64,000 nucleotides of DNA from Macrostomum lignano (lineage: Eukaryota), in contig NIVC01000305.1 in NCBI GenBank assembly GCA_002269645.1, positions 62,001 to 126,000 on the forward strand. The letters run 5' to 3'. Positions 12,065 through 24,206 of the stretch are shown in pieces. Under the pieces are notes generated by a model. That model was not told where the DNA came from, made no database searches, and worked only from the letters and a program-made list of their open reading frames with translations. The translations under genes were made by a program, and so were the position numbers. Position 1 is the first letter of the stretch. Every line of letters begins with the position of its first letter.

Positions 12065-12440
12065 GTCAAGCCGTGCCGGAGCGCCATGAGAAAATTGGTC
12101 GGTACAGTGACGCATAGAAAGGACTGTGTGGTTCACCACAAAGCTCTGCAACTGCACCTGGAAGTTGGACTGCGGGTCATGCGAGTTCATCGAGGGATCC
12201 TGAGCTGAGAGAGCATTCACTGAGAGACCGCGATTCTGTGCACCTACGAGCTACATTGAGCACAACATTGAAAAGCGCAAGTAAAGACTGGGAGTGCAGA
12301 GTTCCTGCGTGATTTTTTCAAATTGCTCAACAACTCGCTGTTTTGGAAAGTTTTTTCAACTTGTACGCGATCGAATGAACTTTCGAATGTGCACTCACCC
12401 AGAGAAGCTGGAGCTGGAGGCATTTGTCAGCATGGACCGC
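12065..12440 (+). mobile_element. Decayed Polinton/adintovirus-type DNA polymerase B fragment
   Basis: KLVGTVTHRKDCVVHHKALQLHLEVGLRVMRVHR...EHNIEKRK...FLRDFFKLLNNSxFGK..VRDRMNFRM matches the pPolB KL..NL..K..YVVH and KLMNNS.FGK motifs; frameshifted. Confidence 0.7.
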
Positions 12441-13228
12441 TTACTGGATAATTACAATCTGTCATCAGCCGTACGGCTCCTAGTTATAGAATTTAGAATT
12501 AACCTACTCTGTTAGGCTTAAGCGCAGAAGAAAGAATTGGTGCTAAGTAGTTGTCGCAAGTTAAAAATTTTTGTTAAAACGCAATATGATGCGTCATGTC
12601 AAACATGAAGAAGCGTCAGGTCAAACATGAAAGAAGCGTCATATGGCTAGCTATACGACCTTAACATTTTAAGCTCCCTCCACCCTGATGTACGCCGCAG
12701 TCTATATTAGTATGAGCTATTGGCTAGTATTTTTTAAACTATACCTCAGCTAATGTCCCCGACGTTAGTCTAATCTCTTTTTAGATCTACCCCAGCATGT
12801 ACTTGAAATTAAGCTGGCTAATTTTCTATCCTTTGATCTATATAATACAATCAGTTTCTCTGACTTATCCATCTCAAGCTTGTCAAATAAAAAATGTTCA
12901 GCAAAGAATTAATTCAATTCAAAATGCATTGACGTCTAGCTATATAGCTTTCAAATAATTAAAAGCAATCAGAATGGCAGGCAGTTACAGACATTGCAGA
13001 ATTTAATTGATGAAAGCTTCTATTGACACTTAAGTAGAAAGCTGATTTATTGCTTCTAGCTGATCCTGCTCCTGACTGAAAAAATTTGAGATCAAATAGC
13101 ACAAGGCAAAGAAAAACAAAAAATTACGACAGAATAACGAATTTTACATTGAATTAAAAGTATATTGGAATCCAGGCCAACTAAATTCTTGAAATTTAAT
13201 ATAACTCGTTACCAGCTGGTAGTAATGC

Positions 13229-15219
13229 TGTAGCGTAAAGCATCAATCTTGGAAAGTACATGTACGCTAGATTTATTTTTAGAATTAGAATTTTCGAGAA
13301 ATTACTTTTTTAGTGCAAAATTAAAGTTTATTCCAGAAATTTCCTTTAGTTTAATTAGATGTTAGTTTTACTGCTTAATATTAGGTATAAAATTTATTGT
13401 TGTCATATAAATGAATGAATTTGTACGGTAGTGTTACGTAATAGCATTTAAAATATTTAATTTTGTTGTAACTAACGAAACTTCTAGAAATTTCCGGTTA
13501 TACTCAGTTCAGTACTATAAATAAACGTAACCTAAGTACTTCAACTCTTTAAGTGATTCTTTTCATTCAGCAAACACAGAACCACCGCCTTTGCTCCTTA
13601 TCTGCATCAACCTACTTTACAACTGGTCCGGTGAGGCGCCGAAGCCCCGTCAGGGGCAGGACAGCAAACCAACATGTAAAAATATCGCCTGAACTTTCGC
13701 CCGTCATCATCACCGTCAACACATCGCATGTACCATGGTTAACAACGCCTCACAATCCACACAGCAATCATCCGATTCCGCAGCAACTCCACAGCAACGC
13801 AGGACTCCTTCGACGACCTATATCAACCAAGCCAACACGGGCTAACAAAAGCCTATCGACCGAGCTTCCTGCACCGATCCAGCATCTCCAAGAGCCTTCA
13901 ACCGAAGCAGTTCCGACCAACATCACCGGGGAGTCACCATTTCAAAGGCCTAACACAAGGTCAGCCGACAAACCGGTGATCGTCCCGGCCACACCGTCGC
14001 ATTACATCCGCAGTTTCCGGCCGCAGCCCACCTCATGCGCTCCCTCTGTGCTGCCCAGCCGCAGAGCGACTGCCCGCCGTCGTCCCCCGCCGTAGTCCAG
14101 GGAGTCGTCTGTCTGCAACTCGGCAACTTCCGTAAGTCGCACCAGCCCCAGCGCCATTCCGCCATTCTGGAGCAACGCAGGAGGACGCACGAGTGGACCA
14201 GCCGCCGTTCCATTCGACACATCTACCACGAAGCGACATCACCACATTCAGCCAGCCATCATCACCGCCACGAAACCATCAACATCGACATCCGTCTCGT
14301 GCGCTTCGCCTGGTACCCTCGGCCGCAGAGCGACAACCCGCCTTTCTCCGGTTCACCTCCTCCAGGGTGTCGTCTGTCTGCATCCGGCAACACCCAGTTA
14401 GGTCCCACGTCCGACAATCCGCCAACCGGGAGCACCAGTCGAGGACACGAGTGGATCGATCGCCATCACACCAGACACTCCATCGCCGAATCCATTCGAA
14501 TTGACAGTAACTTATCCTAACCATCTGCAACACCGACATCGGCGGCCGAGTACAGTTTAACACAGCCGTCAGCATCCGAGCTGCCATCAGCGTCACCAAC
14601 TCCGGACCCACCCGCTGCACCCGCCGTGACAGAGCCGGAAAAGGTGACTAGAAGCGGTCGCCGCGTGAGATTCGCCAGAGACAATGATTTTCATTACTAT
14701 TGTCATCGCATTTTTCCAATTTTTTCTCACTTTTCTTTCATCTCGTTTCCATTGCACCGTACATGTACTGTTTTCATTGTTTCGTTCTTAGTATCTGGGG
14801 ACTCCGTCTTCCGTGGGGGGAACTATTGTAGCGTAAAGCATCAATCTTGGAAAGTACATGTACGCTAGATTTATTTTTAGAATTAGAATTTTCGAGAAAT
14901 TACTTTTTTAGTGCAAAGTTAAAGTTTGTTCCAGAAATTTCCTTTAGTTTAATTAGATGTTAGTTTTACTGCTTAATATTAGGTATAAAATTTATTGTTG
15001 TCATATTTATTAATGAATTTGTACGGTAGTGTTACGTAATAGCATTTAAAATATTTAATTTTGTTGTAACTAACGAAACTTCTAGAAATTTCCGGTTATA
15101 CTCAGTTCAGTACTATAAATAAACGTAACCTAAGTACTTCAACTCTTTAAGTGATTCTTTTCATTCAGCAAACACAGAACCACCGCCTTTGCTCTTTATC
15201 TGCATCAACCTTCTTTACA
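13229..15219 (+). mobile_element. Non-autonomous LTR retroelement (Gypsy-derived)
   Basis: 393-bp LTRs at 13229-13621 and 14827-15219 (TG...CA, few mismatches), 4-bp TSD ATGC, PBS-like TGGTCC, PPT GTGGGGGGAA. The internal 1.2 kb lacks RT/RH/IN cores but ends in the Gypsy-like tail TRSGRRVRF. Confidence 0.9.
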
Positions 15220-15449
15220 ATGCTTATGAGGTCAGAGGGTATTTCTTGCTCTTTGAGTCTAAAAAACGTCAATGACTGAGACAACCGGTTAAGAGTATTG
15301 TTTTATTTTAGCTAGTCGAGCATACCTGTTCGATTTTTCTGGTAACACGTCTGGGTAAAATTTGTGGTAAATCATGCAGGCAACAATTCCTGGTCAATTT
15401 GGTAAATCTTTTTAAAATTCTACGAGTAAATGGATAAAAGAATGTAAAC

Positions 15450-16040
15450 AAGAATCGCCTGACACGAGAAGATGAGCATGAATGTAATGCATTAAACTCA
15501 TCTCATCGTAAACCCTCATCGGATTCCAAGGGTGTCCGGTAGAATAGGCGCGATTGTTATATTGAGAAGTTATCAAGGAAGATTCTCTCAAGTCATCTCC
15601 CTTTCCGACAAGCCAAAAACCAATGGAGGGGCTCAGTCATGAAGACCATCTGGGCGAACGTTCACAACTGCGGCTCCTCTCCGACGGTAACGGGGAGTTT
15701 CTTTGTACACTGAGCGGATGTCTAAGAATGCCCAAGTTGGTGTGCGAAAGGCTCACATCGAGCCATGGACGACACGCATCTATCCGCAAGCCGACAAAGA
15801 GCGTTGTGTCGTGGAGATGTACAAGGTGTACATTTCGCATCGACCGGAGAGTTACGGCGTAAAAGGCCATGAAGCGTTCTGACTAACGCCTCTCAAGACC
15901 ACAACTTCACTCCAATGTGCACTACAATGGGGGTTCATACCATTGAGAATGTCGTTAAGAAGTTGCTGGGCCCTCGGCGGATCCTACGGTGCGCGTTACT
16001 AACAGCAGCCTGGGGAGAACGTGCTCAGGCAGGCGCACAG
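15450..16040 (+). mobile_element. Crypton-like (DUF3504-type) tyrosine recombinase remnant
   Basis: YTERMSKNAQVGVRKAHIEPWTTRIYPQADKERCVVEMYKVYISHRPESY...EAFxLTPL and a TNSSL segment resembling TNHSLR; broken by stops and frameshifts. Confidence 0.6.
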
Positions 16041-16224
16041 GCAAACTGGATTACATTCTTTCATTCATTGCCGAACCTCAAATCAAAAAGGTAACTAAAG
16101 ACGACAATAGTTACATTTACGCTCGTCATTAAAGATGACAATTTTGCACTGATTGGAACTGTATAATTGGATTCGAAAGAGAAATTGCATTTCGATGTAA
16201 ATAGTTCATTCAATTGTAACGCAA

Positions 16225-16560
16225 CAGTAAAGAATGACAGCGCACAAGTTAAGAGAGCGACACAGCGCACATGGTGAAAGAGTGACAGTGCACAGGTGAG
16301 ACAGTGACAAAGCACAGGGTGAAAGAGTGACAGCGCACTGTTAAGACAGTGACAGCGCACAGGTGAGACAGTGACTGCGCACAGGTAAGACAGTGACAGC
16401 GCACAGGGTGAAAGAGTGACAGCGCACAGGTGGGAGAGTAACAACGCACAGGTAAGAGTGACAGCGCACTGTTGAAACAGTGACAGCGCACAGGGTAAAA
16501 GAGTGACAGCGCACAGGTGGGAGAGTAACAACGCACAGGTAAGAGTGACAGTGCAAAGGT
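16225..16560. repeat. Minisatellite with core GTGACAGCGCACAG (about 20-22 bp units)
   Basis: Directly visible tandem array. Confidence 0.9.
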
Positions 16561-16734
16561 ACGAGTACTAAAAACATTGAAAATTAGGTTCGCAAAATTT
16601 GAAACAGTAAAAATCTCTTAACAAGGGCCACATGGGATTGTTTGAATTCATCAGCGAGCGTAAAACAGAATGGCAATTCAGCGAGACTTCGTTGCAACTT
16701 GAAAATTTAATCAAATCATTCGTCCACAGATCCG

Positions 16735-17646
16735 CTAACGCACAAGGATGGCGATGTGGTCAGCATCCTGCAGTGATGAAGCCATGGGCTGGTTCTGGTC
16801 CGTGCTGAACACAATTCTTGGAACAGGATGCGAATATTGGTACATTGAGCAAACGTCATTTTTGGAATCCAGAACGGCCATGAATCCACGATCGACTCCA
16901 CATCCACCATAGTTGAAGTTGATAAAAAACCTCCTCAGGTTCGTTGAACTCGTTTCTCCTTCAATGCTGAAGAAGTTCGTGGTAATGCTTTTGAGGTTGG
17001 TCACCGGCCGGCTCTGCACGAGACGCTCCTTTCTGAACCAGTTCATCAGGTTGACTCCCGCGGAGTTGGTCCCGACATCGAACACGAGCCTCACAACAAC
17101 AGCGGAGCTCTTGTACAGCTGCACAATGAACTGCTTTAAGGTCAGGCCGGAGATCAGGCGCTGCAGGTCGTCCAGCACGCTCGAGCGGAAGACATCCGGT
17201 AAGTCGGCGGCATCTGGGTGAGCTGGCTGAACGGCAGGGTCAGGTGGCAGTGCCGACCCAATCAGCACGTCCCAAACCTTGAGTCCGCAGCCGCTCTTCA
17301 CGCTCATCACGATGAGCTCGAGGCTTTTGAGCACACTGGCAGGCATAAAGACAGTGTAGGGACAGTCGGTACAGCACAGCAGATAGCGAGGACACTGAAT
17401 GGCAGTCACGAGGCATGTGTTCTCAGAGTTCGACACGATTGCGGCGGACTGCTTCGGTGACTTTGCAGCAGCCATGACGCAGTCTTGAGCGCGGCCTGTG
17501 CTCAGCTTCAGCGACTGGGTGCAGTTCGGCAGGAATGAGTACTGCTGGTACTCGAGTCGGTTGGAGTAGCAAGCGTTCGATGATGATGCAAGTCTAAAAG
17601 TGAGTATAGCAATAAAAAGCTGAGTGATTACCTCCGGTGGGTTCAT
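16735..17646 (-). CDS. Intact single-exon secreted protein (303 aa): signal peptide, PAN/Apple-like Cys domain and unnamed C-terminal domain; paralogue 2
   Basis: Uninterrupted ORF with hydrophobic leader LFIAILTFRLASS, a C...C...C pattern, then NWFRKERL...NFFSIEG...RRFFINFNYGGC..DRG...C...PRIVFS...DADHIAILV. Confidence 0.85.
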   Translation of the reverse strand: MNPPEVITQLFIAILTFRLASSSNACYSNRLEYQQYSFLPNCTQSLKLSTGRAQDCVMAAAKSPKQSAAIVSNSENTCLVTAIQCPRYLLCCTDCPYTVFMPASVLKSLELIVMSVKSGCGLKVWDVLIGSALPPDPAVQPAHPDAADLPDVFRSSVLDDLQRLISGLTLKQFIVQLYKSSAVVVRLVFDVGTNSAGVNLMNWFRKERLVQSRPVTNLKSITTNFFSIEGETSSTNLRRFFINFNYGGCGVDRGFMAVLDSKNDVCSMYQYSHPVPRIVFSTDQNQPMASSLQDADHIAILVR

Positions 17647-18667
17647 TTCAAGTTTTTATCTCGATGATGTAGTTTATCCTCTACAGATGCTCATGGGTTC
17701 ATAGCCAGTTACATTGCGCTGGTGTGGAATTGAAGCCTAATTATAGGCCGCATTGCACAACCGAACGCATTGATTGGTGTATAGGGGACTAGCGAATGGT
17801 CTTTAGGGATAGCTTCTTTTTCTACGAGAAATTCTCAGCAATAGTTCGCCATGTTTTTACATTGAATATTTACCCTCGTAGAGATCGTCAATTACAAATA
17901 ATTGATTTTTTAGAAGTTTGAGGTGTGGTTTGTGTAGTGCGATTGTGCTTTTATTGGGCTTAAACAGCAGTCGTGAGCTGAAAGACGTTCACTGCCCTGG
18001 CCGCTTGGGTGCTGTCAATCAGATTCTTGTTAAGCTGCTCAGTCTTGGTCATAGATCCTATATACCTATATATACACGTGTTTATACGATTTATGGTCTT
18101 GGACTTTGCTTCTCAGATGGTAAGGACTGAGTTTATACCATAGCTAGCTGAGCTAGCAATTTTTCATTAACTTTTTCCTCCTTATGTTAAAAAGAATAAG
18201 AAGGATTATATAAATGTTCAAAGCCACGATAGGCAAAACAGTAAACTTGTTGCACACACAAATCGCACTAATCCTGAAAGCAGAATTTTTTTAAAACAAT
18301 CTGATGAAGTTGGACATCATCACATGAATAAATAAATCCTATTCTACTACATATCTCAGCAACACTAAGATAAAAAAGCCAGGAACAATTAAGATAAACG
18401 TATTGAGACGCAGGAAGACACAGGAAGTGGAGAAAAGACTAACCAAATAATTTGTGCTTTACTGGGAACCTTTATTTCACAGTTGACAGCAGATATCAAA
18501 TACATTGGCAGGATATCCTGGGTAAATAAGTAAGGCTCTGCCTCTGTGCAACTTGAGTAGATGAACGCCATTGTTAGCATAATCAGTTTGTTCCCTATTT
18601 GCTGTATAGCTCGTGTTTGTACGTCGCAAAGCCATGAGAAAGCCTGGGGGGCTGTAATAAATAGCTG

Positions 18668-19389
18668 GGGTCGCCATCATAAGCGCGCACCGGCACAAGC
18701 GCGCCTGTGTATTTTGTCAAAGTCTGGCACAGGCGCGCAATGCAATAAATAAAAGCAGTCAAGTTGCTTCATCGTCTATCACAAAGTAGTCGATAGTATT
18801 TGTACGAAGGAAATCGAATTAAATTCCTTTCGACCAGTGCTTTACATGTATGTTAGAACAAAGATGTAACACCATCTGTCAAAGAAAAAGAGCAGTCAAA
18901 AGGAAAAGAGCAGCTGCGGGAATCCTGTGTTATATCCAGCTGAATGTCCCATTTCTAACTCATCTTTCCGATAAAGTAGACGCCGTGCGTACAGACTACT
19001 GAGCCAATTCTTTTCCCTTCGATTGGCTCCATTGCGTTTCAATGTCTTATTTATCTAAGTCGCAGTATCTATCGACAGTGTACATGCTTACAATTGTGCC
19101 AACTGTGCCTAAAGTACCTCTGTTTACACCCTAACCCACCACCCCTTGTGCACTACAGCTTTGATCAAAATTTTTCTACACTATCAAGTCAGTCGCCAAA
19201 TGAAGTGCGCGCTTTTGCCTTAGCGATTAAATAATGCTCTCTTGCGCCAAAGTCTGACAGCGCGCTTATGCCACAGCGTGTCAAAAGTGCGCGCCTCTGC
19301 CAGTGCGCGCCTCTGCCAGTGCGCGCTTGTGCCAGTGTGCGCCTCTGCTAGTGCGCGCATGTGCCGCTGCGCGCTTATGAAGCGTACCC
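18668..19389. mobile_element. MITE (722 bp) with about 37-bp imperfect TIRs and 8-bp TSD
   Basis: Left end GGGTCGCCATCATAAGCGCGCACCGGCACAAGCGCGC; right end (reverse complement) GGGTACGCTTCATAAGCGCGCAGCGGCACATGCGCGC. TSD AATAGCTG at 18660-18667 and 19390-19397. Confidence 0.85.
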
Positions 19390-19749
19390 AATAGCTGGGC
19401 CTTTCTTTTTTAGAATTTTTTATTTTCTGTTTATTGCTTGTTGATATAATTTACTTTTCATTATTTGTTGTTCTGTTGTTCATTCATACACCGAATGCAG
19501 CGTGAATACATAAAGCTACATAGAGGTTATAAAGGCAGAGTTAGGTAGGCAGGGAGGCCTAGTGAAGAGCTCCATAATTTTTTGTTTACATATTTATATT
19601 ATGTTACATAAGTTTGTCAAAACCAGCAAGCGTTCCTGTACTACAACTATTTGCTAAACACAACAACAAAATACACCTCGCGTAAGCCACGAAGTAAGAG
19701 GGGGGGTTAGAAAGCACGCCTTTGGGCCGCACTTCTAAGAAATTCAGCT

Positions 19750-20315
19750 TCCTAAACGGGGGCTCTCGCATCCCTCAGAAGAAGCTCTGGGTAACGCGTC
19801 CTTCGTCCTTGGCTCGCGGTTGTGACTCTCCGTCCGGATGACGTGGCCAGCCAGCCTGATGAGTCGCCTCTCGCGCAGCAGGTCATGTCGCTGGCGATGT
19901 CCAGCACGAGTCCGATGAGGTACACGAAATGCCGGGCAGCATGGAAGTGGGGTCTCATCGCCATGACTTACTTGACTTAGCTGCAGGGTGGTCCGTAGAC
20001 ACAGCGGGGAGGCGAGGGTCGCCCATTCCGCTAGCCCCTGAAGGCCCGCAGACAGGCAGAGGCGTGGGGCCGGTCAGGGTGGTCCGCCGGTCCGTCCTGC
20101 AGCGTGATCTTCCGTTGGGAAGAAACTGGCTCGTCTAGTCGCCCGAAGGAATAGTGAATGAAGCATCGCCATAGTGAATGAAGCATGGTGAATACTTCAG
20201 TCTTCTGCGCTTATAGCGTGAGGCCGACCCTCGCTGTCTCTTTCGTCAAGCCATCAAGCAGCCGCTGCATGGGCGCTTTCGACTGTTGAAGACAGCAAAG
20301 GTCGTCCGCACAATT
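19750..20315 (-). mobile_element. Non-LTR retrotransposon (RTE-like) 3' remnant
   Basis: CADDLCCLQQSKAPMQRLLDGLTKETARVGLTLxAQKTEVF (RT YADD region) and a terminal GRRTRYPELLLRDA; degenerate. Confidence 0.65.
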
Positions 20316-20619
20316 AGTTGCAACTTATTCAATTTCAATTTTTTTCAGTTACGTAATTTACATTTCCTAGAAAGTGTCAGTGAACAATTTAAATGCATCA
20401 GTGTATTTAATTAAAGATTGCGATGTCGAAGCAATTATTCATATCGAATTGATGAAAGCTTAATATTTACAACTCTTTAAAGTAACAATAAACAGTTTTT
20501 ATTTTTTCTGTGAAAATTTTAAAACGAATATTGATTGAAAAAGCGGCTTCAACTGAATCTCATAGACTGCCTCAGCTTAGCTTCATGGAATTCGCTACTC
20601 TGCTAATCTGTTTTACACC

Positions 20620-20910
20620 ACGAAGACGCACTTTAAGAGCGAATTGTACTTAACTTGCTACTCGTAGTGGGCTGGTTGCATTTTCTTCTCGTTTCTTGTC
20701 TGGAAATTGTTTCGTACAGAAATCACAATAATTAAGTATACAAAATACACACAAGTAAAGAACATTACATAGACAGCTGCATTATAATGTTGGTTGCTAT
20801 GTTATATTGAGCTTTGGTTTGTGTGGGACTCAATGTAGCTGCAGTGTGTGGCGTGCAATGGTTGCAGGGGAGCTGGAGTGTGCTTGCAAGGGACAGAGAA
20901 GCTTGAGTGT
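20620..20910. repeat. Dispersed VNTR-bearing element (copy 2 of 3, 1-2 units)
   Basis: Homologous to 11535-11900 and 26160-26920. Confidence 0.75.
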
Positions 20911-21804
20911 CATGTCACACTCAAAAAAGCATCGAGTCGAAAATAAATAATTAATTGGAGAATTGCTAAGATCTTAAGGTTAATCGGAAATTTCTAAGAT
21001 ATCAAGGCTAGGGGCCCATTGCTGAGATGTCAAGGCTGATTGAAAAAAGATTCCATTCCATTCGAAATATCTGAGAGCCTATCAGAATATCAAGCGCTTA
21101 TAGGCTGACGACTGAATAATCAATTGGCCAAAAGTAATTAACAATTTAGCAGACCACTTTTAATTTCACTTTAAGACAGATACTCCATTTTGCAGCGCTC
21201 ACTTTTAGTCAGCACACGGTGTTACATGTCGCACCAAGCCGATGCCGGATGCCAACTCTCACAAGTAAAGCAGCCGCTACCTAGCTACCTAACAGAAGCC
21301 TGGCCTAGGTTGAGATAGCGAACAAATGAAACCAACGGGATTTGCCGAATTTTCTCTATAAATTTCTGCATAAATTGCTGCGTGGGTGTCCAACCACTGC
21401 AGTATGCAGATCGGGTTCTACATAGTAAATTTAGATTGTGGAAATTGACAAATGTCAGTTTGGTGGAGAAAATAAAAATGGATACTGGCCATGATTTTTT
21501 TCTAGTAAGTAAAATGACTACTTGCCTAAATTCCCGAAGGCTCTGCAAAGTTAGCAATTTTATGCAATTTTGTGATTATACTTTACAAAAGCGAAGCTCT
21601 GCAGGAACTTTTCAAATGTTTTTCAATGCAAAATTTAGCCTCTTGGCAGTCAAACTAACTACCTATAAAGCTGCTTTGAGCTACCAAGAAGGCCGTTTTT
21701 ATCTCTAGTATAAACTCTACACAGTTTAAAAAGATCTATAAACTGTCATTCTGTGCGAGTATCGCTGTGCCAATGAAAAGTTCGCTGCCACCCATTTTTC
21801 ATTA

Positions 21805-22010
21805 GACATGTAGGCTGTGTGCACCCTGGCGCACTTTAAGCGACATTGTCACACAACCGGCGAGAGGCATTACTGCCCACTTCACCGACTCCCCTGAGCG
21901 CGCGGATACATACGCAGTCACATGCACAGGCACACACTCACATAGGAGTGTACAGCGGCCCTAACTATATTTATCGTTAGGCATGTACACTTCACTGTGC
22001 CTTGGGGTTT
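21805..22010. repeat. About 200-bp dispersed repeat; inverted copy at about 59528-59735 in UBLCP1 intron 1
   Basis: GGAGTGTACAGCGGCCCTAACT.TATTTATCGTTAGGCATGTA.ACTTCACTGTGCCTTGGGG is present in reverse complement at 59.5 kb. Confidence 0.8.
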
Positions 22011-23023
22011 ACATGGCAATTCCTTTACACTATAAATTCGAACCCAGGTCGCTGCATTAGCAGTTCAGTCTGTTCACATCTAGACCAGCTCTCATCGAAT
22101 CAATGCTTCCACACTGTGACGAATAAATTCAGTCTTAGGTCGATTCCGCCAGTCAACTGATGTGATAAATAAACGCCTGTTGTGGAAGAAGCTTCATGTC
22201 AAAAATAAAAGCGTAATGTTGGCATTAAAGATTGATTGGGGAATTTCTAAGATTTCAAGGCGCATGGGAAATTGCTGAGATGTCAAGGCTTACTGGGGGA
22301 ATTGCTGAGATGTCGAGGCTTACGGGGGAATCGCTAAAATGTCAAGGCTAATGGAAGGGAATTACTGAGAGTTCAGAAAAATTTTACTCCAACCTTTGTT
22401 GCCTCCAAACAGGGGGCGTTGATTGCTAGTACCATTCTTACAATGTATTTCAAGTGGAATAATAAGCTAGCCTTTAGGAAAAGGAAGGCCTGTAACTATT
22501 GATGTAACTCCATGCCGTTGCTAACTGCGCGAAATCCACAACACCAGCGGCAGGGGACGAAAATATCGGATTATAACAAAAAACAATGCCTTAGTCCCGA
22601 GCATCGGTACTCGGTGTTTAGAGCTCTATCTGAGCAACTTTAAACAAACTTACGCCTTATCATTATTTGAGTAAAAATTTATTATAACGCAGAACCAACC
22701 GCGATTTCGGTCGTAAAGCCCTCTAAAGTGCAGCAGTAATCCGCTAGAACACCGCTAGTACAAATAGAAGAGAAAAAATTGGCAAAACAGTGAATCTAAG
22801 AGCCTGCAAGGACTCTCGGTATGATTTGGAAAGATTCAAAGCCTATTCTACATGACAAATGAATTACGAATACATGTAATCAAATCTTTGTCACTGCCAA
22901 CTTCCTTCTTATTGGCTAATTTGAAAGCCAATGTGAATGCAATCATTTCTGCATATACGAACTCTTTAACACAAACTGCAAAGCAACCACCCAGCAACCA
23001 TTCTTCACAGTGCAGCATCGAGA

Positions 23024-23693
23024 ATGCGTCCATTTTTCATTCTAGCTTTGCTTATCCCTGTCAGCCTGTGCAGCACAAATTTATTCAATATCGAAAGACG
23101 GCAGAGCGCCGAGGCCCCAGCTGCATCAAAGCTCATCGCAGGCCGCAGCCGCATCCAGTGCGCCAGGGACTGCGCACAGGCAGCTGACTGCTTCGGGTTC
23201 AGCTTGTTGGAGGGCCTGTGCCGACTCTTCATCCGGTCTGCCTTCTTCAGTCAGCCCTGGCAGAGCTCCAGCCTGTGTGATATTTACATCAGAAAAGTTG
23301 AAACAAGGAAACTGAAGTTCGTTGGCTGTCAGCAGAGCTCGAAGTCTCATAACTGCGGCCGTGCAATTGACGTGCAATTGGCCGTGCAATTGACCGGTTT
23401 ACTCCGGTGGATCCTGCACTCACTCAAAAAATAACCCGTCCCAATGGTGGGAAGGCCAGCTCTCTGCCCCATCGCTGATCAGCTACGTCACCATCTACAA
23501 CAGGCAGGACTGCTGCGCTGAGCGGCTCAACAAATTCTCATTGCAGGTGGACGGAGTTCAGTGCAATCGGGTGAACCTGGCTGTGCCGTTCTCCGTTGCC
23601 AACTTCACCTGAAACGCTTTTGGCAGAAAAATTCGCGTTGCCAACCTGCTTCGTGGCGTTCTCACCACCTGCGAGTTCGAGGCCTACAACTGA
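23024..23693 (+). pseudogene. PAN/Apple + F5/8 type C (fucolectin-like) gene, copy A (disabled)
   Basis: Signal peptide MRPFFILALLIPVSLC, PAN motif CARDCAQAADCFGF, then GGSCTHS...WWEGQL...VTIYNRQDCCAERL in a shifted frame. Frameshift at the triplicated CGTGCAATTG (about 23359-23391) and TGC>TGA near 23610. Confidence 0.85.
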
Positions 23694-24206
23694 AACTCGG
23701 CAAAATGCTTGGCATGCAGCATCTCATATATGATGACATAACTCATATATGAGGTTGAAATTTGGTTGAACTGCTAAATATAATGCTTGTCGTCATCATT
23801 TAATTTTTATTATTATTTGTTTAGTTAGTCTATTCATACACCAAAGATGGCGTTAGTATCGCATGTTAGTATCAGGAGTAATTAAATCTGCATCGCATGG
23901 CTCCTCTTCAGACGGCACTACGTAGTTTCAGTAGAATTTGATCTTAAAATAAATTAAATGAAATAAAAATTATTTCAGTTCTAACGACAGATGACTCGTA
24001 CAATGACTCTGAAATCATTTGCTTCCTGAGTATGCTACCGAAATCGCATGCAATTTAAAAACTCTCACCCTCCATCGAGACTGAGAACTCAACACCAAAT
24101 ATTAAATTGTACAACAGTTACCATCGCGCCTACAATGGTGAAAGAACAAACTACATAGATGTTACAAAGGCAGAGTTACGTAGGCAGGGGGGCCTAGTGA
24201 AGAGCT

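Noticed and set aside
13553-14520. ORFs inside the small LTR element as a captured host gene
   Set aside because: Low-complexity, no recognisable domain, frames not continuous, and the first ORF starts within the LTR.
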